A DNA stretch of 64,000 nucleotides. Source: Longimicrobiales bacterium. GTDB lineage: Bacteria > Gemmatimonadota > Gemmatimonadetes > Longimicrobiales > Gaopeijiaceae. Both the position numbers and the translations under genes were made by a program. The stretch is from assembly GCA_965248195.1 (NCBI GenBank), contig CBDFIQ010000001.1:544001-608000 (forward strand). Reading direction: 5' to 3'. The notes below the pieces were generated by a model. That model ran no database searches and was not told the origin of the DNA. It was given only the letters and a program-made list of their open reading frames with translations. This document shows, one piece after another, positions 10,399 through 20,839 of the stretch. Positions within the stretch are counted from its first letter, which is position 1. Every line of letters starts with the position of its first letter.

Positions 10399-11397
10399 TC
10401 ACTCCCAACGGATAAGCAGCTTCCCGAAATTCTCGTTGGCGGCCATGACATCGTGAGCCACAGCTGCGTCCTCCGGAGGGAAGACCCGCTCGATCACGGG
10501 CTTCAGCTCGCCCAACGAAAAGAAGTAAAGAAGGCGGTCCTCGAAGGCCCTCGTCAAAACGGCCTTTTCTTCCACCGGGCGGGCACGGAGAACGGTGCCC
10601 CTGAGCGTCACGCGACGAAGCATCATCGCCCCTAGGTCGATCTGCGCGCCTGCCCCACCGGGTATACCCACGACGATGTGCCTGCCGCGGGGGGCGATGA
10701 CCTTCTGGTTACCCTCCAGGTAGGGCCCACCAACGAGGTCCAGAATCAAGTCGACTCCTCGCCCGCGGGTCACGGCGAGCACCCTCTCCGGCCAGTCGGC
10801 ATCCGCCAAAACCGCGTCATCCAATCCGAGCTCCGAAGCCGCCGCCAGCTTCTCGGGCGTTCGAGAGGTTCCGATCGTCACCGCGCCGACCGCCCTCCCG
10901 ATTTGAACTGCCGCGGTCCCCACCCCGCTCCCAACGGCATGGATCAGCACGACCTCTCCGGCGCTCAGCTCCATCTGGAGGACGGCAGCGTCGAAGGCCG
11001 TCATGAACACCTCCGGGATCGCCCCTGCATCATGCTCGGACATGCCGTCCGGCACCGGTAACACATTCGACCCGTGCGTCGTCACGTACTCGGCATAACC
11101 ACCCCCGCCCAGGAGACCCATCACTCGATCTCCCACCTGCCACCGGTCCGTATCGGAGCCCAGGGCCTCTACCACTCCCGAGAACTCCATTCCGAGGATA
11201 TCCTTCGGCCACCCCTCGGGTGCTGGGTGCTTTCCGCGCCGCTGGAGCAGGTCCGCGCGGTTCACGCCGGACGTACAGACGCGTGCCATGATTTCACCGG
11301 GGCCCGGGGTCGGCTTTGGCACTTCCTTCAACGAAAGGGTTCCGGCGTCGCCCTGACCCTCCATGACCACTGCCTGCATGCTGCTTGATTCGCTCAT
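10399..11397 (-). CDS. NAD(P)H-quinone oxidoreductase, PIG3/zeta-crystallin family
   Basis: GVNRADLLQRRG, LIHAVGSGVGTAAVQ, NFGKLLI. Confidence 0.92.
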   Translation of the reverse strand: MSESSSMQAVVMEGQGDAGTLSLKEVPKPTPGPGEIMARVCTSGVNRADLLQRRGKHPAPEGWPKDILGMEFSGVVEALGSDTDRWQVGDRVMGLLGGGGYAEYVTTHGSNVLPVPDGMSEHDAGAIPEVFMTAFDAAVLQMELSAGEVVLIHAVGSGVGTAAVQIGRAVGAVTIGTSRTPEKLAAASELGLDDAVLADADWPERVLAVTRGRGVDLILDLVGGPYLEGNQKVIAPRGRHIVVGIPGGAGAQIDLGAMMLRRVTLRGTVLRARPVEEKAVLTRAFEDRLLYFFSLGELKPVIERVFPPEDAAVAHDVMAANENFGKLLIRWE

Positions 11398-11441
11398 GGC
11401 AGCTATGATAGGGCAATGCACCCTTTACGGCACCCGTCCTG

Positions 11442-12227
11442 ATGCTCCTACCGATCGAGCTCGACCGGCCCCTTGTTTTCTTCGACTTGGAGACCACCGG
11501 ATTGAGCCCGCAGAAGGATCGCATCATCGAGATGGCGATCCTGAGAGTTTCTCCGCAGGGCGACGTCATGGAACGGGTCAGGCGCTTCAATCCCGGCGTC
11601 CCCATTCCTCCGGAAGCGAGCACGGTTCACGGGATTTCCGACGACGACGTCGCGGACGAGTCACTCTTCACCGCCCGCGCCAAATCGTTATTCGAGTTGA
11701 TGGACCCCTGCGATCTCGGAGGCTTCAATATCCGGCGCTTCGACTTGCCGATGTTGATCGCGGAATTCAAGCGATCTGACCTCGACTTCGACCACCGAAC
11801 TCGGAGGGTGATCGACGTGCAGGGAATTTTTCACCGCGAGGAGCCGCGCGATCTTTCCGCGGCCGCACGCTTCTACCTTGGCCGGGAACACCAGGAAGCG
11901 CACACGGCTCTCGGTGACATACGCACCACTGCGGCGGTCTTGGCCGCCCAGATCGGGCGCTATCCTCACCTTCCCCGGGAAATGGATGCGCTCCACGCCT
12001 ACTGTGACGAGATTCTCCCGATCCGCACTGCCGTCGAGCAGTGGTTCGATAAGGAGGGGGCGGAGTTGATTTTCCGGAGAGGCAAACACAAAGGGCGGCC
12101 ACTCGCCGAGGTCGCGGTTCAAGAGGCGGATTACCTCGAGTGGATGCTCGGGGCGGATGACATGGACGCGGAGGTTCTGGAGGTGGTCGGGGCGGCGCTC
12201 GCTACTGGCACAGAGAAAGGCGATTGA
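11442..12227 (+). CDS. DEDDh 3'-5' exonuclease (DnaQ-like) with C-terminal GKHKG/DUF3820-like domain
   Basis: FFDLETTG, GFNIRRFD, HTALGD; C-terminal GKHKGRPL...YLEWM. Confidence 0.9.
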   Translation: MLLPIELDRPLVFFDLETTGLSPQKDRIIEMAILRVSPQGDVMERVRRFNPGVPIPPEASTVHGISDDDVADESLFTARAKSLFELMDPCDLGGFNIRRFDLPMLIAEFKRSDLDFDHRTRRVIDVQGIFHREEPRDLSAAARFYLGREHQEAHTALGDIRTTAAVLAAQIGRYPHLPREMDALHAYCDEILPIRTAVEQWFDKEGAELIFRRGKHKGRPLAEVAVQEADYLEWMLGADDMDAEVLEVVGAALATGTEKGD

Positions 12228-15200
12228 GACTGGATTCCACCATGCCAACTCCGATGCGCCGACAGTCGTTGCTCGTACTCGCATGCTTCGTCCCATGGAG
12301 CGGTCTCCTCCTCGACCCTGGAGCGTTGGTCGCGCAGACGGCGCCCACGGGTGAGGTGGCCACCATCACCGAAGCCCAGCTCGAGGCCTTCATGCCCCGC
12401 CTGATCGGACCGGCCGTAACCGGAGGGCGCGTGCACGACGTCGAGGCGCTTGCGCACGACCCGTCCACGATTTTCGTCGCATCCGCGTCGGGAGGGCTCT
12501 GGAAGACCACCAACCGGGGCCAAACGTGGCGCAACGTCTTCTCGGATCAGGCGGTCAGCACGTTCGGAGACGTCGCGATCGCTCCGTCGGACCCCAACGT
12601 GTTGTACGCGGGCACGGGTGAGCAGAACAACCGACAGAGTTCGTCCTGGGGAGACGGCGTCTACCGATCCGACGACGGGGGCGAGACCTGGCGCCACTTG
12701 GGGCTGGTCGAGACGCGTCACGTCGGCAAGGTCCTGGTTCACCCCCGGGATCCCGACATCGCATACGTGGCGGCGCTCGGTAATCTCTGGCGCGGGAATG
12801 AAGAGCGGGGCGTATATCGAACCCGAGACGGTGGGCGAACCTGGGAACGGGTGCTCTATCTTGACGAATTCACCGGGGCGGTGGACCTGGTCATGAACCC
12901 GCAAAACCCGAGAATCCTTTATGCGGCAACATACCAGAGGCTTCGCCGTACTTGGGGCTTCAACGGCGGCGGACCCGGCAGCGGAATCCACAGAAGCGTC
13001 GACGGGGGCGACACCTGGCGCGAACTCACGAACGGAATCCCGGTCGGGGACAAAGGCCGCATCGGACTCGCGATCTCCGAGTCGAACCCCCTCGTGCTGA
13101 ACGCGCTGATCGAGCATGCGGACGAAGCGGAGCAGGGTACCTATCGGAGCGAGGACGGGGGCGCGACCTGGACAAGGGTGAACTCTCTCGATCCGCGGCC
13201 CATGTACTACTCGGAGATCTTCATCGACCCGTCCGAACCCGAGCGTGTTTATGTCCTCGGAACGTCTGCATACAAGAGTGAAGACGGCGGTCGCACCTTT
13301 TCAGAGATCGCGGAGCGGCCGACATACGACGTGGGCGTACACGCCGACCACCATGCACTCTGGATCGACCCCGGTGACCCGAACCATCTCTACCTCGCGG
13401 GAGATTCCGGCCTCTGGGAGACGTACGACCGAGGCGTGAATTTCCGGAAGATCAACAACATTCCGATCGGCCAGTTCTACGCTATCGGCGTCGACAATCA
13501 GGACCCGTACTACGTTTACGGCGGCATGCAAGACAATCATTCGTGGATGGGCCCCTCCGAGACGCGCCGCTGGATCGGCATCCTCAACGACGATTGGCAG
13601 CAGACCGGGTTCGGTGATGGCATGTACCAGCAAGTCGATCCCACCAACCATCGTTACGTATACGCCAATTCCAATGGAGGCGGATACTACCGCATGGACC
13701 CGGAGACCGGTGACATGTTGGACATTCGTCCACGAGCGCCCGAGGGCGAGCCGAACTATCGGTGGGACTGGGTTTCGCCGAGCCTTGTGTCGCGGCACGA
13801 TCCTGCGGTCGTCTACCTCGGGGGGAACCGGCTCTTCATCTCCCGAGACCATGGCGGCTCGTGGATACGGACCGAGGACCTCTCCCGTCGTCAGGATCGA
13901 GACGAGCTCGAGTTGATGGGCGTTCGCGGAGCCGACATCGATATCTCCCGCCACGACGGCGCGTCCAGCTACGGAGAAATCACCGTGCTCGCCGAGTCGC
14001 CTGTGGATCCCCAAGTCCTATGGGTCGGCACGGACGACGGAAACCTCCAGATGTCTCGGGACGGTGGCCGCACTTGGAGCGAGCGAAGCGGCAACGTACG
14101 AGGCGTTCGCGACGGGACTTACGTGAGCCGCATCGTGGCATCCCGATCAGGGGCGGGCATCGCGTATGTCACGTTCGACGCGCACCGTGACGGGGACTTC
14201 GAGCCGTACATTTTCCGGACCTCCGATTTCGGCGAGACCTGGACATCTCTGGCAGCAGACCTCCCGTCCGGGTCGGTGAACTCGATGGCGGAGCACCCGG
14301 ACAACCCGAACGTGCTGTTCGCCGGCACGGAACACGGCTTGTTCGTGAGCACCAGTGCCGGCACCCGTTGGGCCAAACTGTCCCATCTTCCCACGACGCA
14401 CGTCGATGACCTCGTCCTCCATCCGAGGGAGAAGGATCTCGTGATCGGGACGCACGGCCAGAGCGTCTGGATTTTGGATGACACGACGCCGCTCGCCGAG
14501 TGGACCGCAGACGTGGCCGCGGCCAGGGTGCACGTCTTCACCATACAGAGGGCCACCATCTTCAACTACCGGAAGGACACCTCTTATCGCGGCCAAGCCG
14601 AATTTCATGGTACGAACCCGGTGGACGGCGCCGTCATCACTTACGCATTAGGACCGGGAAGGGGGGCGGCCACCCTTCAGATCAGCAACGCCTTGGGGCG
14701 AATAGTGCGGGAACTCATCGTTCCGTCCGATCCAGGCGTTCATCGGGTGAATTGGGACCTGAGGCACGGCACCTCGGACAGGCCGCAGGTTTGGATCCGC
14801 CATGACGACTCACAGCTGGCCCGCCCGATCGGTACCAAGGGCCCTTGGATTTCGCCCGGAACGTACACGGTGACCCTGGAAGCGAGGGGCGCTACGTTCA
14901 CGCAAACAGTGGAAGTGCGCGGGGACCCGCTACTTTCCGTTACGCAGGCCATGTATGAGGAGCGAGAGGCATACCTCCTGGAGCTCCTTACAATCGAACG
15001 ACGAATCGACGAGGCGAGGCCTGACTTGGGGTGTGGCAGCAGTGCGGACGGGCCTGAAACCGAGGCAGATCTTTGCCAAGTCCAGCGTGAAGCCAGACGA
15101 CTGATGGAAGCGTTGGGGGGAGGGGACGTGCGGCCAGGCTCACTCCATCCGCCTACTCCGGAGCACATCAGAAGAAAAACAGTGATCGAGGATCGCCTCG

Positions 15201-15241
15201 ACCGCATTCTCCCTTCTACGAGAGACGACCGTGAACCGTGA
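12224..15241 (+). CDS. Secreted VPS10/BNR-repeat (Asp-box) glycosyl-hydrolase-like protein
   Basis: Signal peptide, many SxDGGxTW repeats, GGRVHDV, HADHH, GGMQDN motifs. Start uncertain. Confidence 0.88.
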   Translation: MRLDSTMPTPMRRQSLLVLACFVPWSGLLLDPGALVAQTAPTGEVATITEAQLEAFMPRLIGPAVTGGRVHDVEALAHDPSTIFVASASGGLWKTTNRGQTWRNVFSDQAVSTFGDVAIAPSDPNVLYAGTGEQNNRQSSSWGDGVYRSDDGGETWRHLGLVETRHVGKVLVHPRDPDIAYVAALGNLWRGNEERGVYRTRDGGRTWERVLYLDEFTGAVDLVMNPQNPRILYAATYQRLRRTWGFNGGGPGSGIHRSVDGGDTWRELTNGIPVGDKGRIGLAISESNPLVLNALIEHADEAEQGTYRSEDGGATWTRVNSLDPRPMYYSEIFIDPSEPERVYVLGTSAYKSEDGGRTFSEIAERPTYDVGVHADHHALWIDPGDPNHLYLAGDSGLWETYDRGVNFRKINNIPIGQFYAIGVDNQDPYYVYGGMQDNHSWMGPSETRRWIGILNDDWQQTGFGDGMYQQVDPTNHRYVYANSNGGGYYRMDPETGDMLDIRPRAPEGEPNYRWDWVSPSLVSRHDPAVVYLGGNRLFISRDHGGSWIRTEDLSRRQDRDELELMGVRGADIDISRHDGASSYGEITVLAESPVDPQVLWVGTDDGNLQMSRDGGRTWSERSGNVRGVRDGTYVSRIVASRSGAGIAYVTFDAHRDGDFEPYIFRTSDFGETWTSLAADLPSGSVNSMAEHPDNPNVLFAGTEHGLFVSTSAGTRWAKLSHLPTTHVDDLVLHPREKDLVIGTHGQSVWILDDTTPLAEWTADVAAARVHVFTIQRATIFNYRKDTSYRGQAEFHGTNPVDGAVITYALGPGRGAATLQISNALGRIVRELIVPSDPGVHRVNWDLRHGTSDRPQVWIRHDDSQLARPIGTKGPWISPGTYTVTLEARGATFTQTVEVRGDPLLSVTQAMYEEREAYLLELLTIERRIDEARPDLGCGSSADGPETEADLCQVQREARRLMEALGGGDVRPGSLHPPTPEHIRRKTVIEDRLDRILPSTRDDREP

Positions 15242-15253
15242 TGAGCGAAAACG

Positions 15254-15646
15254 ATGAGTAATTTCCTGTTGAACGCACACTCAGGCCTCCGCTACCTGAT
15301 TCTCCTCGGAGGCGTCTTGACCGTTCTTTACGCGGCATACGGAACGGTTTCAGGCCGAGCCTATGACAAGACGATGAGGATCTTGGCAAGCAGCTTTGTC
15401 GGCACCATACATCTGCAGATCCTTCTTGGGCTCGCTTTGCTGTTTTCCGGCCTGTTCCAGCCAGCGTTGACGGGGCACCTCTTCATGATGGTGTTCGCTG
15501 CGGCAGCGGCACAGATTCCGGTGTCGGTGATGCGCCGTAGGCCGGAGGAGCTGAAGTCCTACCTGCCCCACGGCGTCGGAGCGCTCGCGGCACTGGCGAT
15601 GATCGCGGCTGGGATCCTGGCCATCGGGCGTCCGATTGTCGGCTAA
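15254..15646 (+). CDS. Small four-helix membrane protein
   Basis: HSGLRY, HLQILLG and further His residues in hydrophobic helices. Confidence 0.75.
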   Translation: MSNFLLNAHSGLRYLILLGGVLTVLYAAYGTVSGRAYDKTMRILASSFVGTIHLQILLGLALLFSGLFQPALTGHLFMMVFAAAAAQIPVSVMRRRPEELKSYLPHGVGALAALAMIAAGILAIGRPIVG

Positions 15647-15660
15647 AGCGTAAAGCGCAC

Positions 15661-16863
15661 ATGGCCTCGTCGGCTGACACCGCCTCACATGCGAGTCCCG
15701 ACCTCGGTCTCGTGATGGGTGGCGGCGGAGCGAGAGCCGCCTATCAGGTCGGGTTTCTGTGCTACCTGGCACGGCAGTTCCCCGATCTCAAGGTACCTAT
15801 CGTCACCGGTGTGTCTTCGGGCGGAATCAACGCCGCGCTCTTGGCCTCCCATCACGGCTCCTTTGGCCAAGCCGTAGGAGAGTTGGTTTCCCTCTGGAAG
15901 CGCTTGACCGTAGAGGAAGTGTTCCGGGTCGACGTGCCTTCCCTGAGCTGGATTGGTCTGCGCTGGGTCTTCCAGCTCCTATCGGGAGGGGTGGGCGGTG
16001 CGGCCCGAGTGCGGGGCCTGGTGGATACGACACCCCTGAGGAACTACCTGTCCGAGGTGCTCCATGCCGTGAACGGCGAGCTTACGGGCATCCAATACAA
16101 CTTGGCGGTGGGGAAGCTCAAGGCGGTCGCGCTGAGCACCTCGAGCTACACGACGGGGCAGTCGCTGACGTGGATCCAGGGACGTGATCTTCACGATTGG
16201 ACGCGTCCCCAGCGTCGCTCCCAGCAGGCCGTGTTGACCATCGATCACGTCATGGCGTCGTCGGCCCTTCCCTTGTTCTTTCCGGCAGTCGAGATCGACG
16301 ATGAATACTTCGGAGACGGCGGCCTGCGGCTCTCGGCTCCGCTTTCGCCCGCCATTCATCTCGGCGCCGAAAAGATCCTGGCAATCTCCACCCGGTACAG
16401 GCGAACCGCCGCCGAGGCCGCGCTTCCCGACGTCACGGGCTACCCCCCTCCCGCCCAGGTTCTGGGCGTCCTCCTGAACTCGGTGTTTCTCGATCTCCTG
16501 GATCAAGACGCGCTCCGGATGGAGCGCTTGAACCACGTGCTGGGAAAGCTGCCACCCGAGGACAGGGATGGCCTGCGACCGGTGAGTTTGCTGGTCTTGC
16601 GGCCCTCGCTCGACTTAGGGCGCCTCGCGAACGAGTTCGAGCCTCAACTCCCCAAGACCTTCCGGTTCCTCACGCGCGGCCTCGGTACGAAGCAGATCAA
16701 GAGTCCGGACTTTCTGAGCATGGTGCTCTTCGAGCCCGAGTACATCGGCCGACTCATCGAACTCGGCGAAGCGGACGCGGAGGCCCGCGCCGACGAGATC
16801 GACTCCTTCATCCGATCCGGAACAACCGGCGCCGCAGGAGATGGACCGGATCCGACGGTCTGA
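15661..16863 (+). CDS. Patatin-like phospholipase
   Basis: GGGARAAY, GVSSG (GxSxG), DGG motif. Confidence 0.92.
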   Translation: MASSADTASHASPDLGLVMGGGGARAAYQVGFLCYLARQFPDLKVPIVTGVSSGGINAALLASHHGSFGQAVGELVSLWKRLTVEEVFRVDVPSLSWIGLRWVFQLLSGGVGGAARVRGLVDTTPLRNYLSEVLHAVNGELTGIQYNLAVGKLKAVALSTSSYTTGQSLTWIQGRDLHDWTRPQRRSQQAVLTIDHVMASSALPLFFPAVEIDDEYFGDGGLRLSAPLSPAIHLGAEKILAISTRYRRTAAEAALPDVTGYPPPAQVLGVLLNSVFLDLLDQDALRMERLNHVLGKLPPEDRDGLRPVSLLVLRPSLDLGRLANEFEPQLPKTFRFLTRGLGTKQIKSPDFLSMVLFEPEYIGRLIELGEADAEARADEIDSFIRSGTTGAAGDGPDPTV

Positions 16864-16964
16864 CTCGAAAAGGAGAAACAACGCCGAGTGGTTCGGGGTT
16901 AGATTTAGGGTACAGCGAGATCGCAAGCCGACTCCCGCCCGGCCCGAAAACGGGGAGTTCTACG

Positions 16965-18941
16965 ATGTCTCAAGAATCCAAAAAGAGCCTCGCCACGGAG
17001 CAGGAAGCCCGGCAGGTGGCGGAGGCCGCTCGCGAAACGGAGTGGAAAGACCGGAGCTTCGCTCGCGGACTCTACAACGGGAAGCTTGACCTTTCCCTCG
17101 TCCATCCACTGCCCCAGCCGGATCCGGAGGTCGAGGCCCGCGCCCAGCCGTTCCTCGAGAAGTTGGAGGCCTTCACCCGCGCACACATCGATGGCGATGC
17201 CATCGACCGGGACCGGTGGGTACCACAGGAAGTGCTCGATGGCTTGGCAGAGATCGGTGCGTTCGGGATCAAGATCCCGACCGAATATGGGGGACTCGGG
17301 CTCTCGCAGTATCAGTACAACAAGGCTCTGGCCATCGTGGGTAGCCGTTGCGCGTCCACCGGGGCGTTTCTTTCGGCTCATCAGTCGATCGGGGCCCCCC
17401 AGCCACTCTTGTATTTCGGCACAGAAGAGCAGAAGCGGAAATACCTGCCGCGATTGGCCCGAGGCGAGCTGTCCGCGTTCGCGTTGACCGAGCAGGATGT
17501 CGGTTCGGATCCGGCCAACCTCTCCACGCACGCCGAGCTGTCCGACGACGGCGAGCACTGGATCCTGAACGGCACGAAGCTCTGGTGCACGAACGGACCA
17601 CGGGCCGCCATAATCGTGGTCATGGTTCGCACGCCGGCGAGGGAGGGCGTACGAAGCCGCAAGCCGATCACCGCCTTCATCGTAGAGACGGCGTGGGAGG
17701 GTGTCGAGGTGGTACAGACGTGCAGCTTCATGGGGCTCAACGGCTTGTCCAACGGCGTGCTGACATTCGACAACGTGAAGGTCCCGAAGGAGAATCTGCT
17801 CTGGGGTGAGGGCAGGGGACTGAAGCTCGCCCTTATTACGCTGAACACGGGCCGACTGTCGATTCCCGCGTTCTGCGCCGGCGGAGCCAAAGCCGCCCTG
17901 CTCGTGAGCCGACAGTGGGCCGCGGAGCGCTTCCAGTGGGGAGCACCGGTCGGCAAGCACGGAGCGGTAGCGCAAATGCTGGGCAAGATGGCAGCCAATA
18001 CATTCGCGCTCGATTCCGTGGTCGAACTCACCGCCTTGATGGCCGACGCCAAGACCTTCGACATTCGTCTCGAGGCGGCCATCGCGAAAATGTGGAACAG
18101 CGAGGTCAGCTTCAAGGTGTTCGACGACGCGATTCAGATACGGGGAGGCAGAGGGTACGAGAGAGCCGATTCGTTGCGGGAGCGCGGCGAGGATCCGTAT
18201 CCACTGGAGCGGGGCTTCCGGGACTCGCGCATCAACCTGATTTTCGAGGGGTCCAGTGAGATCATGAGGCTCTTCATCGCCCGGGAGGCCGTCGACAGCC
18301 ACCTGAGCGTCGCCGGGGATCTGATCGATCCCAAAGCACCGACCGGCCGGCGCCTCGCGGCGCTGCTCCGCTCAGGGCTCCACTACGCCGTGTGGTATCC
18401 GAGCCGGTGGCTCACATGGGGGCGGTGGCCCCGCTATCGGGAATTCGGCCCGCTGGCCAAGCACCTGCGCTACGTGAATCGAACGGCGGGGCGCCTCGCC
18501 CGCTCCATCTTTTATGCAATGATCCGCTTCGGCCCAGGCCTAGAACGCAAACAGGCGATCCTCGGCAGGATCGTGGAGATCGGAGCCGAGCTCTTCGTCA
18601 TGGTGGCCACGGCCGTGCACGCGAAGGCTCTGGTCGACAAGAACCCATCCGACCGCTCGCCGTACGAGCTCGCGGACCTGTTCTGCCGCCAGGCCCGAAC
18701 GCGCATCCAAGAGCGGTTCGGCCATATGTTCGCCAACAACGACGTTGCGACATACCGCGTTGCACAAGACGCGATGGAGGGAGCGTTCGAGTGGCTGGAG
18801 GAGGGGCTGCTCACCACGGATTGGGTGGCCCAGCCGGACGGCGGAGCCGAAGCCCAGAGTACTAGAGAAGGCATTGCTTCCGCTGAGTCACAGGAAGAGC
18901 CTACCCCGGCGTCCATTCGCGAACCGGCGGGACAAGCTTAA
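16965..18941 (+). CDS. Long acyl-CoA dehydrogenase (VLCAD/ACAD9/FadE10-like)
   Basis: FALTEQDVGSD, NGTKLWCTNG, QIRGGRGY, RINLIFEGSSEIMR, C-terminal extension. Confidence 0.93.
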   Translation: MSQESKKSLATEQEARQVAEAARETEWKDRSFARGLYNGKLDLSLVHPLPQPDPEVEARAQPFLEKLEAFTRAHIDGDAIDRDRWVPQEVLDGLAEIGAFGIKIPTEYGGLGLSQYQYNKALAIVGSRCASTGAFLSAHQSIGAPQPLLYFGTEEQKRKYLPRLARGELSAFALTEQDVGSDPANLSTHAELSDDGEHWILNGTKLWCTNGPRAAIIVVMVRTPAREGVRSRKPITAFIVETAWEGVEVVQTCSFMGLNGLSNGVLTFDNVKVPKENLLWGEGRGLKLALITLNTGRLSIPAFCAGGAKAALLVSRQWAAERFQWGAPVGKHGAVAQMLGKMAANTFALDSVVELTALMADAKTFDIRLEAAIAKMWNSEVSFKVFDDAIQIRGGRGYERADSLRERGEDPYPLERGFRDSRINLIFEGSSEIMRLFIAREAVDSHLSVAGDLIDPKAPTGRRLAALLRSGLHYAVWYPSRWLTWGRWPRYREFGPLAKHLRYVNRTAGRLARSIFYAMIRFGPGLERKQAILGRIVEIGAELFVMVATAVHAKALVDKNPSDRSPYELADLFCRQARTRIQERFGHMFANNDVATYRVAQDAMEGAFEWLEEGLLTTDWVAQPDGGAEAQSTREGIASAESQEEPTPASIREPAGQA

Positions 18942-18971
18942 GAAAACCGGCCTCGCGTCCGGCCGGCGCCC

Positions 18972-20747
18972 TCACGGCACCGCTGGCTCGTGGGTCTGGC
19001 GCCGGTAGAGTCGATCGTAGACCTCGCTCCGTTCGAGCAACTCTGAGTGCGAGCCTTCGTTGACGATCCTGCCTTGATCGAGAACAAGAATCCGGTCTGA
19101 CCGGATCACCGTCGAGAGGCGGTGCGCGATCACCAGAGTGGTCCGGCCCCGCATCAGACGCTCCAGCGCATCCTGGACCAGCGCTTCGCTTTCGGAGTCG
19201 AGGCTGCTCGACGCCTCGTCGAGGATCAGGAGCTTGGGCCGCTCGAGCATCACACGGGCGATGGCGATCCGCTGCCTCTGTCCCGCACTGAGTGTCACCC
19301 CCCGCTCCCCCACCACTTGATCGTACCCATCCGGCAAGGTCTCGATGAACTCGACGGCGTGAGCGGCCCGTGAAACCTCCTCGATTTCCGCCTGGCTCGC
19401 ATCGAGATCGCCGTACACGAGGTTCTCACGCACGGTCCCTGCGAAGAGCATGGGCTCCTGTGGAACGATCCCGACCCGGCTCCGCAAGTCATCGAGAGCC
19501 AGATCTCGGACATCGACCCCGTCGAACGTGACCGAGCCCTGCTCGACGTCAAAAAAGCGCGGAATCAGCGAGGCGAGGGTGCTCTTGCCGGATCCCGAGC
19601 TCCCGACGAGAGCCACGGTCTCTCCCTCATCGAGAACGAGATCTATTCCGTCCAACACCCTGGGGAGGTCGGGCTCGTACCGGAACGTGACACCCTCGTA
19701 ACGGACCACGCCGCGTGCGGGCGTCGGCAATACCCTCGGGTCTGTGGGCGATTTGATGGCCACGGGGTGGTCCAAGATCTCGAAGATGCGTCGCGCTGCA
19801 CCCGCAGCCTCCTGGAGGTTTCCCCAGAATCCCGCCAGGGACGTGATGGCACCCGAGATCGTGACGGCATAGAGGAGGAATGCCACGAGTGTCCCCGGGC
19901 TCAGCGCTCCGGCCAAAACGAGGCGCCCCCCCTCCCAAAGCACCATGACCACGGCGCCGAACGCCGCAAAGGTGACCGCCCCCGTGAGGCTCGCTCGTGC
20001 CATGGCTCTGCGAAGTCCTTCGTCCCGCGCCTGGTTGACCGCGCCCAAGTAGGCCTCGTTCTCGTGGGGCTCACGCGTGAAGCTCTGGACGGTGCGGATC
20101 TGCGTGAACACCTGCTCCGCCCTGGAAACCGCATCGGCCAAGCGATCCTGAATTCGCGTGCTCAGACGTCTCACCCTGCGCCCGAAGAACCACGCCACCA
20201 AGGCAGCGAACGGAATGGCCGTCAGCGTAACCAGCGTGAGTCGCGGGTGCGTGATCGTCACCAACACCAAGGCCCCGACCAGAAAGGTGACCTGGCGAAT
20301 GATCTCCGGAACACCGAAGCGAAGAACGCCTTGAATCAAGCCCGAGTCGGAAGCGAGCCGGGTGGAGAGCTCGCCGACTCGCCCTTTGGCGAAAAATCCG
20401 GGCGGCTGACAAACCAACCCGCCGAAAAGGTCCCGTCGCAGATCGGCCACCACCTTTTCCGATACCGCAGCGGTCAGATAACTTTGCACGAAATTGATCA
20501 CCGCCAACACGGCGAACAACGAAATCAGTCCGATGGCGATTCGGTTGAGAAGCGCCGGATCTCCAGCCAGGAAGGCGGCGTCGAGGAGTTCACGAACGAC
20601 CAGCGGGAACGCCAAGCCGATGCCGACGCTGCAGAGCATCAGGACGCCAGCCAGAAGTAACGGTGCCCAGTATGGCCGTACGCGGGGGCCCAACCGCCGG
20701 AGGAACCCGATGGTCCCCTTGGCGGTCAGCCGCTCTTGGCGCGACAC
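18972..20747 (-). CDS. ABC exporter, fused permease/ATPase (MsbA-like)
   Basis: N-terminal transmembrane domain, GSSGSGKST, LSAGQRQR, LILDEA, IAHRLST. Confidence 0.93.
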   Translation of the reverse strand: MSRQERLTAKGTIGFLRRLGPRVRPYWAPLLLAGVLMLCSVGIGLAFPLVVRELLDAAFLAGDPALLNRIAIGLISLFAVLAVINFVQSYLTAAVSEKVVADLRRDLFGGLVCQPPGFFAKGRVGELSTRLASDSGLIQGVLRFGVPEIIRQVTFLVGALVLVTITHPRLTLVTLTAIPFAALVAWFFGRRVRRLSTRIQDRLADAVSRAEQVFTQIRTVQSFTREPHENEAYLGAVNQARDEGLRRAMARASLTGAVTFAAFGAVVMVLWEGGRLVLAGALSPGTLVAFLLYAVTISGAITSLAGFWGNLQEAAGAARRIFEILDHPVAIKSPTDPRVLPTPARGVVRYEGVTFRYEPDLPRVLDGIDLVLDEGETVALVGSSGSGKSTLASLIPRFFDVEQGSVTFDGVDVRDLALDDLRSRVGIVPQEPMLFAGTVRENLVYGDLDASQAEIEEVSRAAHAVEFIETLPDGYDQVVGERGVTLSAGQRQRIAIARVMLERPKLLILDEASSSLDSESEALVQDALERLMRGRTTLVIAHRLSTVIRSDRILVLDQGRIVNEGSHSELLERSEVYDRLYRRQTHEPAVP

Positions 20748-20839
20748 AGGAGCGCCCTCTTATGTAATCGATCCATGGTCGGACAGGTGATATCTCCGAA
20801 AGGGTTGATTCCAAACCGAGACATGCGCGAGAATCCGGG

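Noticed and set aside
15661..16863. Patatin as a CBASS effector
   Set aside because: No cyclase nearby; neighbours are lipid-metabolism genes.
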